This document shows positions 11,509 to 24,300 of a stretch of 64,000 bases of DNA, piece after piece. Position 1 is the stretch's first letter; each line of letters begins with the position of its first letter. A program made the position numbers and the translations under genes. This DNA is from Calcarisporiella thermophila CBS 279.70 (taxonomy: Eukaryota; Fungi; Calcarisporiellomycota), in assembly GCF_041956535.1 (NCBI RefSeq), contig NW_027192204.1, positions 71,069 to 135,068 on the forward strand, read 5' to 3'. The notes beneath the pieces are model-generated. The model had not been told where the DNA came from. It was given only the letters and a program-made list of their open reading frames with translations, and searched no databases.

Positions 11509-13951
11509 ATGAAAACAATAGTCCTTTGCGAACTGATTATATTCATTGCTGCCTTTTCCTTTGCGCAGATTTCCTCCATTAACCAAGCCCGCACTCAATG
11601 GATTCAGCTACTTACAGGTGGTTCTAACTACGATGCTAAAGATCCACAGATATCAGCAGCCCTAAAAAGGTCAGAGGATATTGCACGTAATCACTGGAAG
11701 ACACTTGACACCTCACCTAACCGCACCGCGCTCTGGTCGGATTTGAGAAATACTGGTGGAGAAGATACCGGTTCTGCAGTAACTAGGTTGAAATCAATGG
11801 CGCTGGCTTTTGCAAGCAAGGGTGGAAATTTAGAGGGAAATACGAGCCTATCCGAGGATATTGCCGATGGATTAGACTGGATTAATAGGAATCGATACAA
11901 TGAAACCACGAAAGAGGAGGGCAACTGGTGGTGGTAATATGCTTATGTTCATTCCATAAACCCCTTTCAGCCCTTTCCATTCAAGATTATTATTACGTTA
12001 AACTAGGTGGGAAATCGGCATTCCAAATCATCTCCTTGATACAATGGTTCTACTGGGCAAGGAGCTCTCTCCTAGCTTGAATGCTAGGCTTACCCGCGCC
12101 ATTCTCCGTTTTGTCCCAGATCCCACATATCGCACGAATCTGCCAAAACTCGAAGAAACGGGGGCCAACCGCGCAGATAAGGCTTACATCACGGCGCGCC
12201 GTGGAATTGTGTCGCATAACACAACGGCAATTGAGGTCGCAAGGGATGCACTTACCAAAATCTTTGATTACGTTACCACTGGGGATGGGTTTTATACTGA
12301 TGGTTCATTTATACAACACGGCAACTTCGCCTATACCGGCACCTATGGCGAGGTGCTGCTGGAGAGCGTAGCAGGAACTATGAATGTACTTAGGAACACA
12401 ACCTGGGCAGTATCGGTCTCCTCTTCCAACAATGTATTTAAATGGATGTTTGACTCCTTTGAGCCAGTTGCCTTTCGCGGCCAAACCATGGCTCATGTGA
12501 GAGGGCGCGCGATTTCTCGCGGCGACAACACCGACTTCGACTACGGTCAGTCGCTAGTAGGGACCTTTTGCCTACTTCATCCTTTGGCCCCCTCTAATCT
12601 CCAGAGCCGTATCGCGGCTTTCGTAAGAGAGATGGTTGATTCCTCAGCCAAATATAACAATTATACCACGACAGCATCTGTCTCACAGCTTATTGCTTAT
12701 GACAGTACCATCAAAGATAGCCGTTCCCGCCGAGGAGATTTGGTTCTCCACAAAACCTTTGCGAATATGGACAGAATAGTGCACCACCGTCCTGGATATT
12801 CATTCAGCATTTCTGCACGTAGCAGCAGAATCGCAGACTATGAAAGTGGCAATGGAGAGAATTTAAAAGGGTGGTACACCGGAGAAGGCATGACTTATCT
12901 TTACAACCACGAACTCTCCCATTACACGAACGGATTCTGGCCGACAGCGGATATGTATCGCCTTGCAGGTACCACCACTGCTACGGAAGAGACGTTTCCT
13001 CGCTCAGCGAACGATAATAAATTTTCCATTGCGCTGGGGGATGAGGCGTGGGTGGGCGGTATCACACTTTATGAGAAGGAAAAAGGCGGGGTTGGGGCGT
13101 TTGGGATGCGATTCAAGGGTCTGCCGGACAAGCCCACTGGAAAAAAGAACACGCTGGTGGGTACGAAGTCATGGTTCATGGAGGGTGACGTGGTGGTTGC
13201 ACTTGGAGCGGGAATATCTGCGAACGGAGTGAAAGTTCAAACAACGGTTGAAAATCGAATGGTGCAAAAGGGAAGCTGTTTCCTTTCGAGCGAGAATGAT
13301 GGTAATGAGGACAACACTAACACACCGAGCTGGGCTCACCTTAACGAAGTTGCCGGATATCTTTTCCCGCGCGGAGGCAATCTTCAACAAGTATGCGAGG
13401 ATCGTACTGGCAAGTGGTCTACCATTCATCCTGCCGCACCGCCTGTGACCCCAGATCAAATCACGCGCAGATATGCGACCCTTTGGTTGGATCACGGCGG
13501 AAACCCACAGAACGCTACTTACGAATACTATATCTTGCCGGGTAGTAGTAAAACGGAAACTGCCAAATACTTGGAAACTGTGATGAAAGGTGGAGGCATT
13601 CAAATTGTCAGAAATACACCCCAAGTACAGGCGGTCAACAATACTGAGTCAGGGATTTTGTCAGCCAACTTCTTCGCAGCTGGAAAAATTGGCATCATCG
13701 AAGCCCAACAAGCTTGTTCTGTGGCAGTTGATATGAAAGCAGAGGGAGGCGGCACACTTGTTGCTGTCTCGGATCCAACCATGAAACTGTCTCAAGTCGT
13801 GATTCTACTGGAAGGACGACACACCGCTACAAAATCAGATGATAAAATTAAAGTCGACTATGTCAAGGGACAAACGCGAATCGCTATCGACACGGCTCAA
13901 GCACGTGGAAAGACCTTTTCCATTTCCTTGAAAAAGCAAAACGACGTCTAA
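11509..13951 (+). CDS. Secreted polysaccharide lyase family 8 (hyaluronate/xanthan/chondroitin lyase-like)
   Basis: Signal peptide; GNWWW|WEIG across single intron 11934-12006. Catalytic-type motifs TGANRAD, DGSFIQH, YTGTYG, VRGRAISR and ENLKGWYTG. Confidence 0.93.
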
Positions 13952-14266
13952 TCCAGGGTCCGAAGAAAGAGAAATTTGTATTTATACTTTGAATGGAAAT
14001 ACAAGCTGCTCTGGAGTATGCAATAATAATGCATTCACTAGGAGAAAACATGATTACATTCGAACTATTAATTAGAAAGAATTAAATATTATAATAAAAC
14101 TTATCTTGGTTGCGAGTTATACTATTAAGTATATATATAGGGCTGAGCAAGAAGAAGATACCTGCAATAGTCTTGAAATTTCTTATCGGATCATATCATA
14201 CATCATTCAAGTGAGCTTTGATGTATGACACTTCTTGCAAATGAAAAAAAAAAAATCAAAAAGATA

Positions 14267-14350
14267 TGCCGGAAGTGGGGTTCGAACCCACGCCTTCTTG
14301 CGAAGAGTGGAGCTTAAATCCACCGTCTTAGACCTCTCGACCATCCCGGC
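14267..14350 (-). tRNA. tRNA-Leu (anticodon UAA)
   Basis: Reverse complement GCCGGGA...GTGGA-TT-TAA-GC-TCCAC, long variable arm, GGTTCGAACC T-arm, TTCCGGC-A; T-run downstream. Confidence 0.96.
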
Positions 14351-14445
14351 TTGCCAACTTTGGAAATCGGAACTATAAAAAGCCAAGCTCTCTTATCCGA
14401 AAATTGAGACATAATACCAAGCAATTTAATTTGGATGACGTGAAT

Positions 14446-14518
14446 GGGGGACTAGCTCAAATGGTAGAGCGCTCGCTTAGCATGCGAGAGGCACCGGGAT
14501 CGATACCCGGGTTCTCCA
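14446..14518 (+). tRNA. tRNA-Ala (anticodon AGC)
   Basis: Acceptor stem GGGGGAC/GTTCTCC with G3:U70, anticodon arm CTCGC-TT-AGC-AT-GCGAG, T-loop GGATCGATACC; T6 terminator at ~14522. Confidence 0.96.
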
Positions 14519-15754
14519 AACTTTTTTCGTTTTTTTTTTCCAAAAACACTTCGTAAGCTCTCTGGCTGGACGGATTCACTCCCCAAAAGTTCCCAAGTTT
14601 AAAACCGGTTTCTTTTGCTGTGACAAATTCAGCATGAAGTAATAATTAGAGTGTTGCATGTGTATTATAGATAGATGAGATTACAAGATTGAGTTCATCG
14701 TAAAAATAAGGCCGCGGTTGTTTCATTACTAAATCTGCATAACACAATACGCAAATGTACTGTGATTAAGGAAAAACACGCAAATGAAAATATTTAATAA
14801 ATTTTATGGGTGGCCGAGGTGGACAAAGCTTGAGCTTAGTCCGCCCCTCTCCTCCCGCAACCGCATGCACAAGCATTCAACATCATCACCACGCCTATTC
14901 GGAGTTGAAACATAGGGTTGCCAAGCGCGGCTCGTCAGCCAGGCGATACGTGCACGTCCTTCACGCTTAACGGGAGGGTGGGGAACTGGACAAGGATTGC
15001 GGGCTAAGAAAGAGCAGTGGGGCTGGCTGCTCAACGTGGGGCTGGGAGAGGGGGGGGAACGAGCGATGATGACGTCGCGGGGGATTTCTGAGCCAGGTTG
15101 GGGTTGGCAATTCGGAACACTCCGGTTTCTTCTGCAACGGGGCTTCGCTGGGGAGAGGAGGAGAGGAGACGGGGGTGGAGCGCCTGGGTGGGTGCAGTCC
15201 GGAATTCATGGCTGTGGTGCTGATCCTTGGGAGGCGCGAAGCGGCGAGAGCTCTCTGGGTTGGGATTATATAGCGCCTGCGCTCATTTACACGAGAAGTC
15301 GAAGTGATCATGGTTTTAATCAACAAATCCATTTCGACAAAACAATATTCCAAAAAAGGCGCATGTCTCATAGGCTTGCTCGCAAATTGACTCAAGTCGA
15401 ATGGTGCTCGTTTTACTTTATTCAAATTGGCTCATGGCGGAATTTACCACGCTCTCCGGCCTCACGTTTTTTTAATCCCAATTTCATTAGCTTAATAAGG
15501 AAGCGGAGCGCGGCTACTAATTAAACTATAAGACGAGGGGCGGCCTACAAGAGAATATACTGCTGAATATTGTCAAGGGGACGGGCCCCAATCAGCGGGG
15601 GGGATTTCCAACAGTGATTAGGCTTCCGGATGAGTCCAAGCCTCGGGTAAACTTGAGATCTGGCATACGCTATTCTAAGGATTCGGCTGTTTCGCAGATC
15701 ACATCTGTTTATTTCCTTTCCAGTAGGCCATCGGCCCCAAGGCCACACAAAAGG

Positions 15755-16187
15755 ATGGGGCCTATTCGGAAAGCCCTTTATCCGAATGCGCTTGCTAGGC
15801 TTCACAAGGCAAGGGAGCGCCGGGCGAAGAAGGAACTGGCCTTCGAGAATCAATGGGACAGTATGGGCAGGATCCTGAGGGGGGAGGGCAGAGCCTACGT
15901 GGGACATTTTTACAAATACAAGTTACATAAGCGCCGTGTTCTCGAAAGTGAGGGCGACGCACCAGTTGATACTCGACGTAATCCAGCCTGATGGGCAGCT
16001 CCTCAGTTTCTCCTCTAATTACCCGATGCCGGATCACCTTGGAGCTAAATTTAGCTCATTCTTATGTGGATCAGAGGATGAATTTCGGAAAGCATCTCTA
16101 ATGCGGAGCAGACATTGCACGCCCTTACCCCGCACTCCCCATGGACCACACCAAGAAAGGATGCCTGTGTCCTTCATTTCGAGGTAA
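15755..16187 (+). CDS. Putative small spliced protein with a divergent MADS/SRF-like segment
   Basis: Exon 15755-15898, phase-0 intron 15899-15965 (GTGGGA...CAG) and exon 15966-16187 join two track ORFs into MGPIRK...RRAKKELAFENQWDSMGRILRGEGRAY|LILDVIQPDGQLLSFSSN. Confidence 0.35.
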
Positions 16188-16545
16188 AATACAAGGAGCA
16201 TATTGGATACATTGTATTCCGAGAAGCATATGTGCACCCTGTCTTGGAGGTTTCATTCGTCGAAGACAATTGGTTACGCATGGTGGCTTAGAAATAACAT
16301 GAGAACAAAACGATAAAAAAAAAGAAGCGAGAAGTTATTGTGTTGTTAATTGTTATAATTAATCGATAAGTAGCTATTCAAATGTAATTGCCGATATCAG
16401 CCAGTTCGCATATATATTATATATATTTATTTCTCTTCTAATCATTTCATCTACTCTCTGGTAAGCTGCGCCATCTTCATTGCAGAGTAGCTGGACATTG
16501 ACATTGGTTGATATCGTTTCTCCTAGCAGCAAAATCAAAAAAAGT

Positions 16546-18440
16546 ATGAATTCCTCAAATCCCGCTTCAAAACCTGCCGGTGATCTGCTCTTAGGGAGCA
16601 TTCGCCTACCCCCCATCAGTGGTCTGCACTCCTCCTACACACCATCCTCACCCCATCACTATCCAGTCCAGACCCGCACCCACCACACACTCCAGCATCA
16701 TCAACAACAAGCAATTCAAGCGGACTCCACACCTTCCCCCCCGACCTCGAGCACAACCACCACCCCTACACGCACTCTCCCATCCAAACACGTCACCGAA
16801 TCAACCATTTCACAAGCATACATCGATTTTATTCTCTACTGCAATCAGACGGTTGCAACCGATGTTGACACTGGCCCCTTAATGAGGAGTTTTTTTGCTG
16901 TTCCTCGAAGCGATGGCAAGCAATTCCATCCATGGGCTCTCTTTTGTTTGTGCAAACGCATGCACGAAGGCGAGATCAAAAGCTGGGTGAGATTATCCAT
17001 CGAATTGGGGGTGGAACGGACCGATGATCAGAGTCCTCAAAAGATTCAGCAGTATGCGGTCAGATTAAAAGTAAGTAGTCAGGAGCTAAAAGGGGCCTAT
17101 AGGCTCTTGCTCTCTCTCCCTAGAGTTCTGTGCCAGCGTGTGACATGCATCATATAGCAGCGTATTGACATGTACGGCTTTTTTTTTCCAATAGCGATGG
17201 ATGCGCTCTCTCCACATAGACTCCTTTTTCGATTACCTACTCGATGTTCCCAACCACTATTACATGCTGGATCCATCTGGTGCCCCTTCTACCGGTGGTT
17301 CTGCATCCTCGATCAATAATAAACAGGAGGGCGGAGAGGATGGCGAGGAGGACGCTGACGAGGATGGAGGGGGGGAGGATCAAGTTCTCAAGCTGCTTCT
17401 TCAGAGTTCGCCAAGAAAAAAGCGGAAGTCGTCCGGATTCCTCTCCAGATCTAAACGCTTTAAAACGGAAGAGAAAGAGGGTAGCGTGGGTGGAGGGGCG
17501 GAAGAGGATGACGATGATGACGGTAGCGTAAGAATATCCGAAGACGGTATGTAGATCCCCCTGGGCGATGTCCCCATGAAAGCACCCCTGACGCACGGCC
17601 ATGTCTGAATGCTAATTACCTTTTGTTTCGACTCTAGGTCGTATTACGCCGGCGTCGCCTCCCATTCGTGGATCGCCCATTGTTTCCTCGCCCCGGCGAG
17701 TGTCCTCACTCAAAGATCTGATGCCCCAGGATGCAAACACCCTCTCACCCTCCCGCAGCAATAGCATATTCCTACCCCCACCCCCGCCACCGCCGGCGCC
17801 ACCACCTCCTCCACTAGTGCACCCGGCTGTTGGGTCGTTGAGCGGGGAACCTCAGCGTCAACAGCTCGTCCGCCGCTGGTCGGATGATCCGTGGCGATAT
17901 TTGGGGGGAGCGCGAGAAAGGGAGCAGCAGATTATCGAGCAGGTGAGGACAAGCAGAGTGAGGAGCTTCCCCACGGTTGGAGGGGTTGGGAGAGAGGTAA
18001 GACGTGGCTCCGTGATGATGAGCACCATCATGAGCTCGGGCGTAAGTACGACCGGGAGCACCGCCGGGGACGATGGCGTCGTCGTGCTGACAAAATCGCC
18101 CCTATCTCGCCCCAGCTCCATGAAAGAACCCAGCACGTGCAATACCCCGCCTCCCCCTTTAGCCCCCCCACCCCCCCCACCCCCGCACGCATCAAGCGTT
18201 TCACAACAGAGCACCTCTGTGGCCGTCGCCCCAAGCTCCGACTCAAGCCCGGCTTCGGAGGTGCAACTTCTACGAGCCCAGCTGGCGGAGCGAGAACGGG
18301 AGCTGGCAGAGAAGGAGAAACTCGTGGATACCCTGCTGCGGATGGTGGAGGAGAAGGAGGCGACCTTGCAAAACGCACGGCGTGTGCAACAGCTCGCCAT
18401 AGATTTGTTGGTGAAGGGACAGACAAGAGGACTCCTATAA
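16546..18440 (+). CDS. ARS-binding protein 2 (Abp2) domain protein
   Basis: AYIDFILYCN...VPRSDGKQF...SPQKIQQYAVRLK|RWMRSLHIDSFFDYL matches the Abp2 family. Pro-rich and coiled-coil C-terminus; two introns. Confidence 0.8.
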
Positions 18441-18475
18441 ATTGCACCCCGGATAACTATCCGTTTCTTCCCCCT

Positions 18476-18517
18476 CCCTTCCCCTTCCCCTTCCCCTTCC
18501 CCTTCCCCTTCCCCCTT
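18476..18517 (+). repeat. (CCCCTT)n hexamer microsatellite
   Basis: About 6-7 tandem copies just 3' of the Abp2-like stop codon. Confidence 0.9.
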
Positions 18518-19482
18518 CTCCTCCCCATTTCCCTCTCTCAAAAAAAGGTTCGAAGATGTAATCACGGCTGTTGTAGATAGTTTTCTGTGTTCTTTTTATG
18601 TTCGTCTTTTATATCTGAACATTTTATTTATTTTTAGTATTGACTTACTTGCTCTGTAAAATTAACGAAACTAAAACATGATAATTCTATTACACGCGAG
18701 CCCCCAAGATCCACCCTTTCGGATGGCCGTCGCCCTCTCTGCTTGCATTTTTTGCCTGGGACTCTCCACCAGAGCCTCATTCATGTAGACATCAACGCCT
18801 GCTCTACGCACCAAACGCATGGATATCTTTACAGCGAAGTTTTAGATGCGCATTTTTTTTGTCCTACTTCCCCGATTCTGGGCAAAGAAACTCAGTTCGA
18901 ATCGAAGCCGATCCCATCCTTAAAGAAGTCTCTATATCGGGCTAGAGAAATTCAGCCCAGGTCTGTACTGGATCACAACGAAAAACTGCTGGCCTCCTGA
19001 GGCTTGGGGCCAACCCTCCGCTTCCAACTCAAGGCACACGATGGGTCCATATCGAGTAACGATATTGATAAGATAGGAGAGAGAAGGGGAGTTGGCGGCT
19101 CTGCGGTCCTTGCTTCCAGAAGTCCATCGATGTCCTAGGAGCAGGTGCAAAGGAGCACCCGACTATGCCCCATTTCAAGTATCTATCTTCAGTGAGACAG
19201 AATGGAAACTCATTATTTCATCAACTGCATTGGGGCAAGATCAAGCCTAATTAAGTTGAAATGAAGCCTTCCCTAATTGGAAATCGTCGGTAGAGCAGCA
19301 ATTATTTCCTTCATTTACCTCCCCTCTCTTTGTCGTGCTCCCCCCCCTCCCCTCCTCTGTCTTCCTTTCCTAAATCACTTTTGGCATCGTCCATTGGCAC
19401 TCATTTCCCATTGCATTCCTCACTGAACAGTTTGCATCCATTCATTTGTTCACGCTTTGTTTAGTAGCTCATTAATTTAATT

Positions 19483-20946
19483 ATGCATTTCGGCATTGCG
19501 TGGTTGTTGCTGGCCCTGAGCTGGCTCGCTGGTTCCTCAGCTCGCCCGTTCCCCGCCCGCGGTATCAACACCTTCAAGTAATGCTTGGCCGACAGGCTGA
19601 TTCCTATCACTGACCAAAATGGTGACTAATTGATGGTTGTTTGTTGTGACCAGAGTACCCCTAGTTAGGAGGCAGGGGACAGCGGCAACCCCAATGCGGA
19701 TGGTGGCGGCTGCGAAAAAGTTCAACCTGAAGCCGTACTGGAAGCGGGGGGTGCTAGGCTTCGCCGATAGGGTAGTGCCGCTGAAGGATTTCTTGATGGA
19801 TGTGGAGGTGAGTTCATCGGTTGAGATTCCACATTGTTGCGCGGAAATGGGGCTCATGCTCGCTCTTGTTCGCATTCGCATTCGAATGACCCTGTCGCCT
19901 CTTCTGCATTCTAGTATTACGCGGAGGTCCAAGTCGGCACCCCAGGGCAAACGTTCAAAGTGGATATCGACACGGGCTCCTCCGATTTCTGGGTCTACAG
20001 CTCGGCCTGCAATTCGCTGGCTTGTTCTACGCACGCTCGCTTTTCTCCCGCTCAGTCAAGTAGCTTGGAGCAGAATGAGGAAAAGACGTGGAAAATTAGC
20101 TATTTGGACGGGTCGGAGGTGAGCGGCATAGAAGCGATTGAGGTACTGAAAATCGGGGGGCTCTCGGTCTACAAACAAACCATCGGCCTGGCCACCAACG
20201 CCAGCGACAATTTTCAGAACGACATTATCGACGGCCTGTTCGGGCTCGGATTTCCAAGCATCACCCGACTGTCTGGTAGGGGTCTTGCTTGCCTCGCCTC
20301 CGCTTCCCTTGCTAGGGTTAGCTAATTCTCACTTTTTGTTATTATGTTCTCTCAACTGCGCCTAGGGATACCCGTGTTCCAATCCATGGTCGAACAGGGC
20401 CTTAGCGCCCCACAGTTTGGGATCTGGCTAGGGAAGGAGTCGCAGGGGGGCGGAGGAGAGATCCTATTTGGCGGTGCGGACCCATCCCACTACCAAGGGA
20501 CACTCACCTGGACTGCAGTGCGCGACCAGAGCTACTGGAGTATCCCCGTGGAGGGGGTCACCTTCCTCTCCGCCAAGTTCACGGAGAACTCGTATGCGAT
20601 CATCGACACGGGCAGCACCGGGATGATCTTTCCAAGGGAGTTGGCCGAGCTCATCCACGGGCAGATCCCGGGCGCCCAGGAGGACGCGGTCCAGGGCTGG
20701 CTCATCCCGTGCAATGCCGCGAAGCTGTATCCAAGCAAGATCCTCTTCAGGATCAGTGGCAGGGACTTCGAGGTGCCCCTCGACGACATTATCCGCGAGC
20801 CGTCGGGCGTCAATGGGCTCTGCTTTTCGGCCATCATTTCCTCCGAGGGCGGCCAGTGGCTGCTCGGCGCCACGTTCATCAAAAACAACTATTGTGTTTT
20901 CGACGTCGAGAATGCTCGTGTGGGGATTGCGCCCAGTAAACGCTAA
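19483..20946 (+). CDS. Secreted pepsin-like aspartic protease (A1, rhizopuspepsin-like)
   Basis: Signal peptide MHFGIAWLLLAL, two catalytic motifs DIDTGSSDFW and IIDTGST, flap SYLDGS, DGLFGLGF; three introns. Confidence 0.95.
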
Positions 20947-21343
20947 CATTTTATTCCCCTCTTCGTCCACTTATATCGATATCGAACTTTTTTTTTCTCC
21001 TCCTTTTCTCTTGTCCCACCTTTTACCATGTTGTACATAATTGACTTGTGCATGCTCGTGTTGGCTTTAATTTCACCATTGCTCTGTACACTCTGCGAAT
21101 TTTCTGCATGGTTATTCCCCATATTGCCCTTGTCATTATTGTAGCATCTCCTGCACTTTTCAATTTCTATTTTTTTTTTTAATCCTTTGCTTTGCTACCT
21201 TTTGAAAACCTCTCAGATAACCGTATCTAACCGCTATACAACACCCATTATAATTAATGACATTTAATAATTTCTTTCTCGATATTAGAATTTTATTAAT
21301 TTTTTTTTTTCCTCTCAATTACAATAATAAACTGGACCGTTTC

Positions 21344-24300
21344 TCAACGCCCAGTGCAGCCCTTGATATGTCTCAAAATCTCCACCGGTGAAAAGAAATA
21401 GATCTGGCCGCATTTTTGGCATTTGTATTCCTTGCCTCTCCCACTACGCTCCTCACTCCTGCCTACCTTCTCTCCCTCCTCCTCAGCAACACTCTCCAAG
21501 TTCCTTCTTCCTTGGCAGGTGCGTTCGTGCTCTTCGGCCTCAGCCCGCGCGAGCATCTCTTCCTTGCCGCACCACGGGCACCGATGATACGCATTCACAT
21601 CCACCTCATCCTTGTCCCCCCTATGGCCAGTGTCAGTTGAGAGCGTGCCAGGGGGTCGAATACTGTTCCACCGCAGCCAAGGCGTGATGGGCACTCCGTC
21701 CTTGACGACTTCGGAAGGATCCCACGCATCGAGCTGGGGATTGACGGGGCCCGCCTTCCGCATTGGAAACTAACGATAATGAGGTGGGGTTAGAGAAGCG
21801 TGGAGAACGAAAGAGCGCTGCCTGCTGAAGAAATTGGAGGCGACAAAAGGTTTACCATTAGGTTGAGATCCGAGGGCATTGCTTGTTCAAAGTCACACTC
21901 GATCCAGGTAGCAAAGTATGCTTTTAGCTTATCTAAGTGGAGGAGGGAGGGTGTTCCCGTCAACCTTCTAAGTGTAAAATGGAGAGGGGCTGGGTGACCT
22001 ACCTGAGAGAGCCTCCGTCTCCTCATCTACCTCCCAATCTCTCCATCGTCCCGAGGGCAGCTGGGATTGCCCCCATTCACGATGCCACCGCTTAACTTGT
22101 TCCGGCAAATTAATGCCCTCCGGGACGACGTTTTGCTGCTGCTCATTATCTCTTGGCATGGTAGCCATCTAGCGCCACGGCAGCAAAAAGAATTAGTGTC
22201 GATTCCTTTCTATCATTAGCGACTTTCGTCGACAGATTGCTTACTATCCCGCCGCCAATCCGCAGGAGCCTGGCCTCGACGCCTCTCCACCAAGCGCACC
22301 TCAGCCGGACGATTTGCGACAGGGTGCGGACGGCCGCCTCCGAATCTCTGAATCGTACCAGGTAGAAATCGTCCATGACAAGGGTGGTGCAGGCAGCGTC
22401 GGTGTCTATGTGCTGTGCCAGCAGCAGCAGTATATGGACGCCCGGGACTCGCGTGAGATTGACCAAATAGGGGCGGTTCGTCTCCAGGATCTCGAGGTAA
22501 ACGAGCAGCTCGTGCTGTCGTGCAGCCTGACCTAAATTACCAACAGTGGGTCAATGCTCAAGTGCAATATCGCATCAATCGGGTGGCGTTACGTTTGTCG
22601 TCCTTGGGATGGAGCCACTCGGCGTTGGCGAAGTAGACGCTAGTCGGATGCACGCTGAGGAACTTGGCGGTAGGGGTGTGGAACATCTGTTCGGAAGCCT
22701 TCCGGTGGGGATTGTGGACGTCGGCGATGGCGAGCTGCGGATACAAGCCCGAGCAGATCACAAGCTTCAGGAGGTTGAGGTCCTCCCGCGACATGTGTGC
22801 AACCTCGGCGCTCTCCCGGAGGTGGTTGACATCCTGTTGTAGCGAGAATTCGAGGTCGTGCACGTCGATACCCTCGTTGTCGGGCTCGAAAGTCTCGTCG
22901 TCCCTGTCGCCCGCATTTTCCTCCTCGAACCGCAAAATCTTGCGCCGCTTGGCGGACTGCTGCAGGTATTTTTCTCGCCGCAAGACCTCTCGTTTTTCCC
23001 TTCGCCGTCTCCTTTCCTCCTCACCGCCGCCCCCCTTCTCCCACAGTTTCCCCTTGGCGACGCTGCCCGGACAGAATTGGTTCAGAACCCCCTCAAACTG
23101 TCGCTTCAATTTGGTGATCTCATACATCCGCTGCTCCTCGACGCCCATGCGCTTGCACCACCGTTTCGAGCTCTCCCCCCGATCGGCCTTCACCCCCATC
23201 CACTCTCCCCACAACCGCAGCAGCGTTACCGCGTCCCCCTCCTCGGATTCCAGCTCCTGCCTGTTCTGTGCGATCCTCGGCGACACGCTTCGGAGGAATG
23301 GGGATTGCACACTCATCCCGGCAACGCAGGTGAGGACAGGGTCTAGCAGGCCTAGGGAGAGTCCCATAATAAGCATCTTGCCGAGAACAGCGTCGAGCGG
23401 GAGAGCGGAAAGCACTTGGCCGAGCGAGGTGATGTGCTCCTCGGAGTCGAGAGCACCTAGACGCTGCAGCAGCCTTATCGATCCGGCCAAAGCCGTGTCG
23501 GAAGGTCTCTATTAAATAGGAGCAAGGAAAGAAAGAGAGAGAGAGAAAGAGAAAGAGAAAGAGAATTAGGTGAATTTAGTCGCCAGTGCTCTTTTATCCA
23601 TTTCCCGCCTGGACAAAACCTATGGATTACCTCGATGAAATCGAATTTGCGCGGATCTCCCATATTCAGCGCCCTTATCTCCAGAATGATGGGCTCCAGA
23701 GGGGCTCTCAAGATCTCGGGGACGGCAAACTCGTTCATGCCGTCGAATTCCCTGCGTGAATAGAATCGAAAGCAATGCCCAGGGCCAACTCGACCACACC
23801 TGCCGGCACGCTGCTTAGCACTCGCCCGCGAAATCCAAAACTCCTTCAACCTGGACATGTTAAAGGCGGTGTCGTGCGTGAGCTCTTTGACCCGCCCCGA
23901 ATCGATCACCCAGCGGATGCCATCGATCGTGACGCTGGTCTCCGCAATGTTGGAGGCAATGATGCACTTCCTGACGCCTGGAGGCGCCACATCGAACACC
24001 TTGTCCTGGGCTTCAATCGACAAGCTGGAGTGAAGCATCAGGATGATCCACGCTCTAAATAGATGTGAAGAGCAGAGAAGGTTAGCAACGGCCATCTCAA
24101 ACACACAGCCCACGGCGATCCCGCCCTCCCCTGTCCCACTAGAGGGGGGGAGGAGGGGAGGAGAGGGTGCAGGATATCCGGCACATACTTGGTGTAATTG
24201 GCATAGAGCTTCAATTCGTCAGCCAACGTCATGATCTCATTGATTCCGCTCATGAAGACCAATAGGTCCCCCGCCTCCGTCGGTGGGTGCTGCTGGTCAA

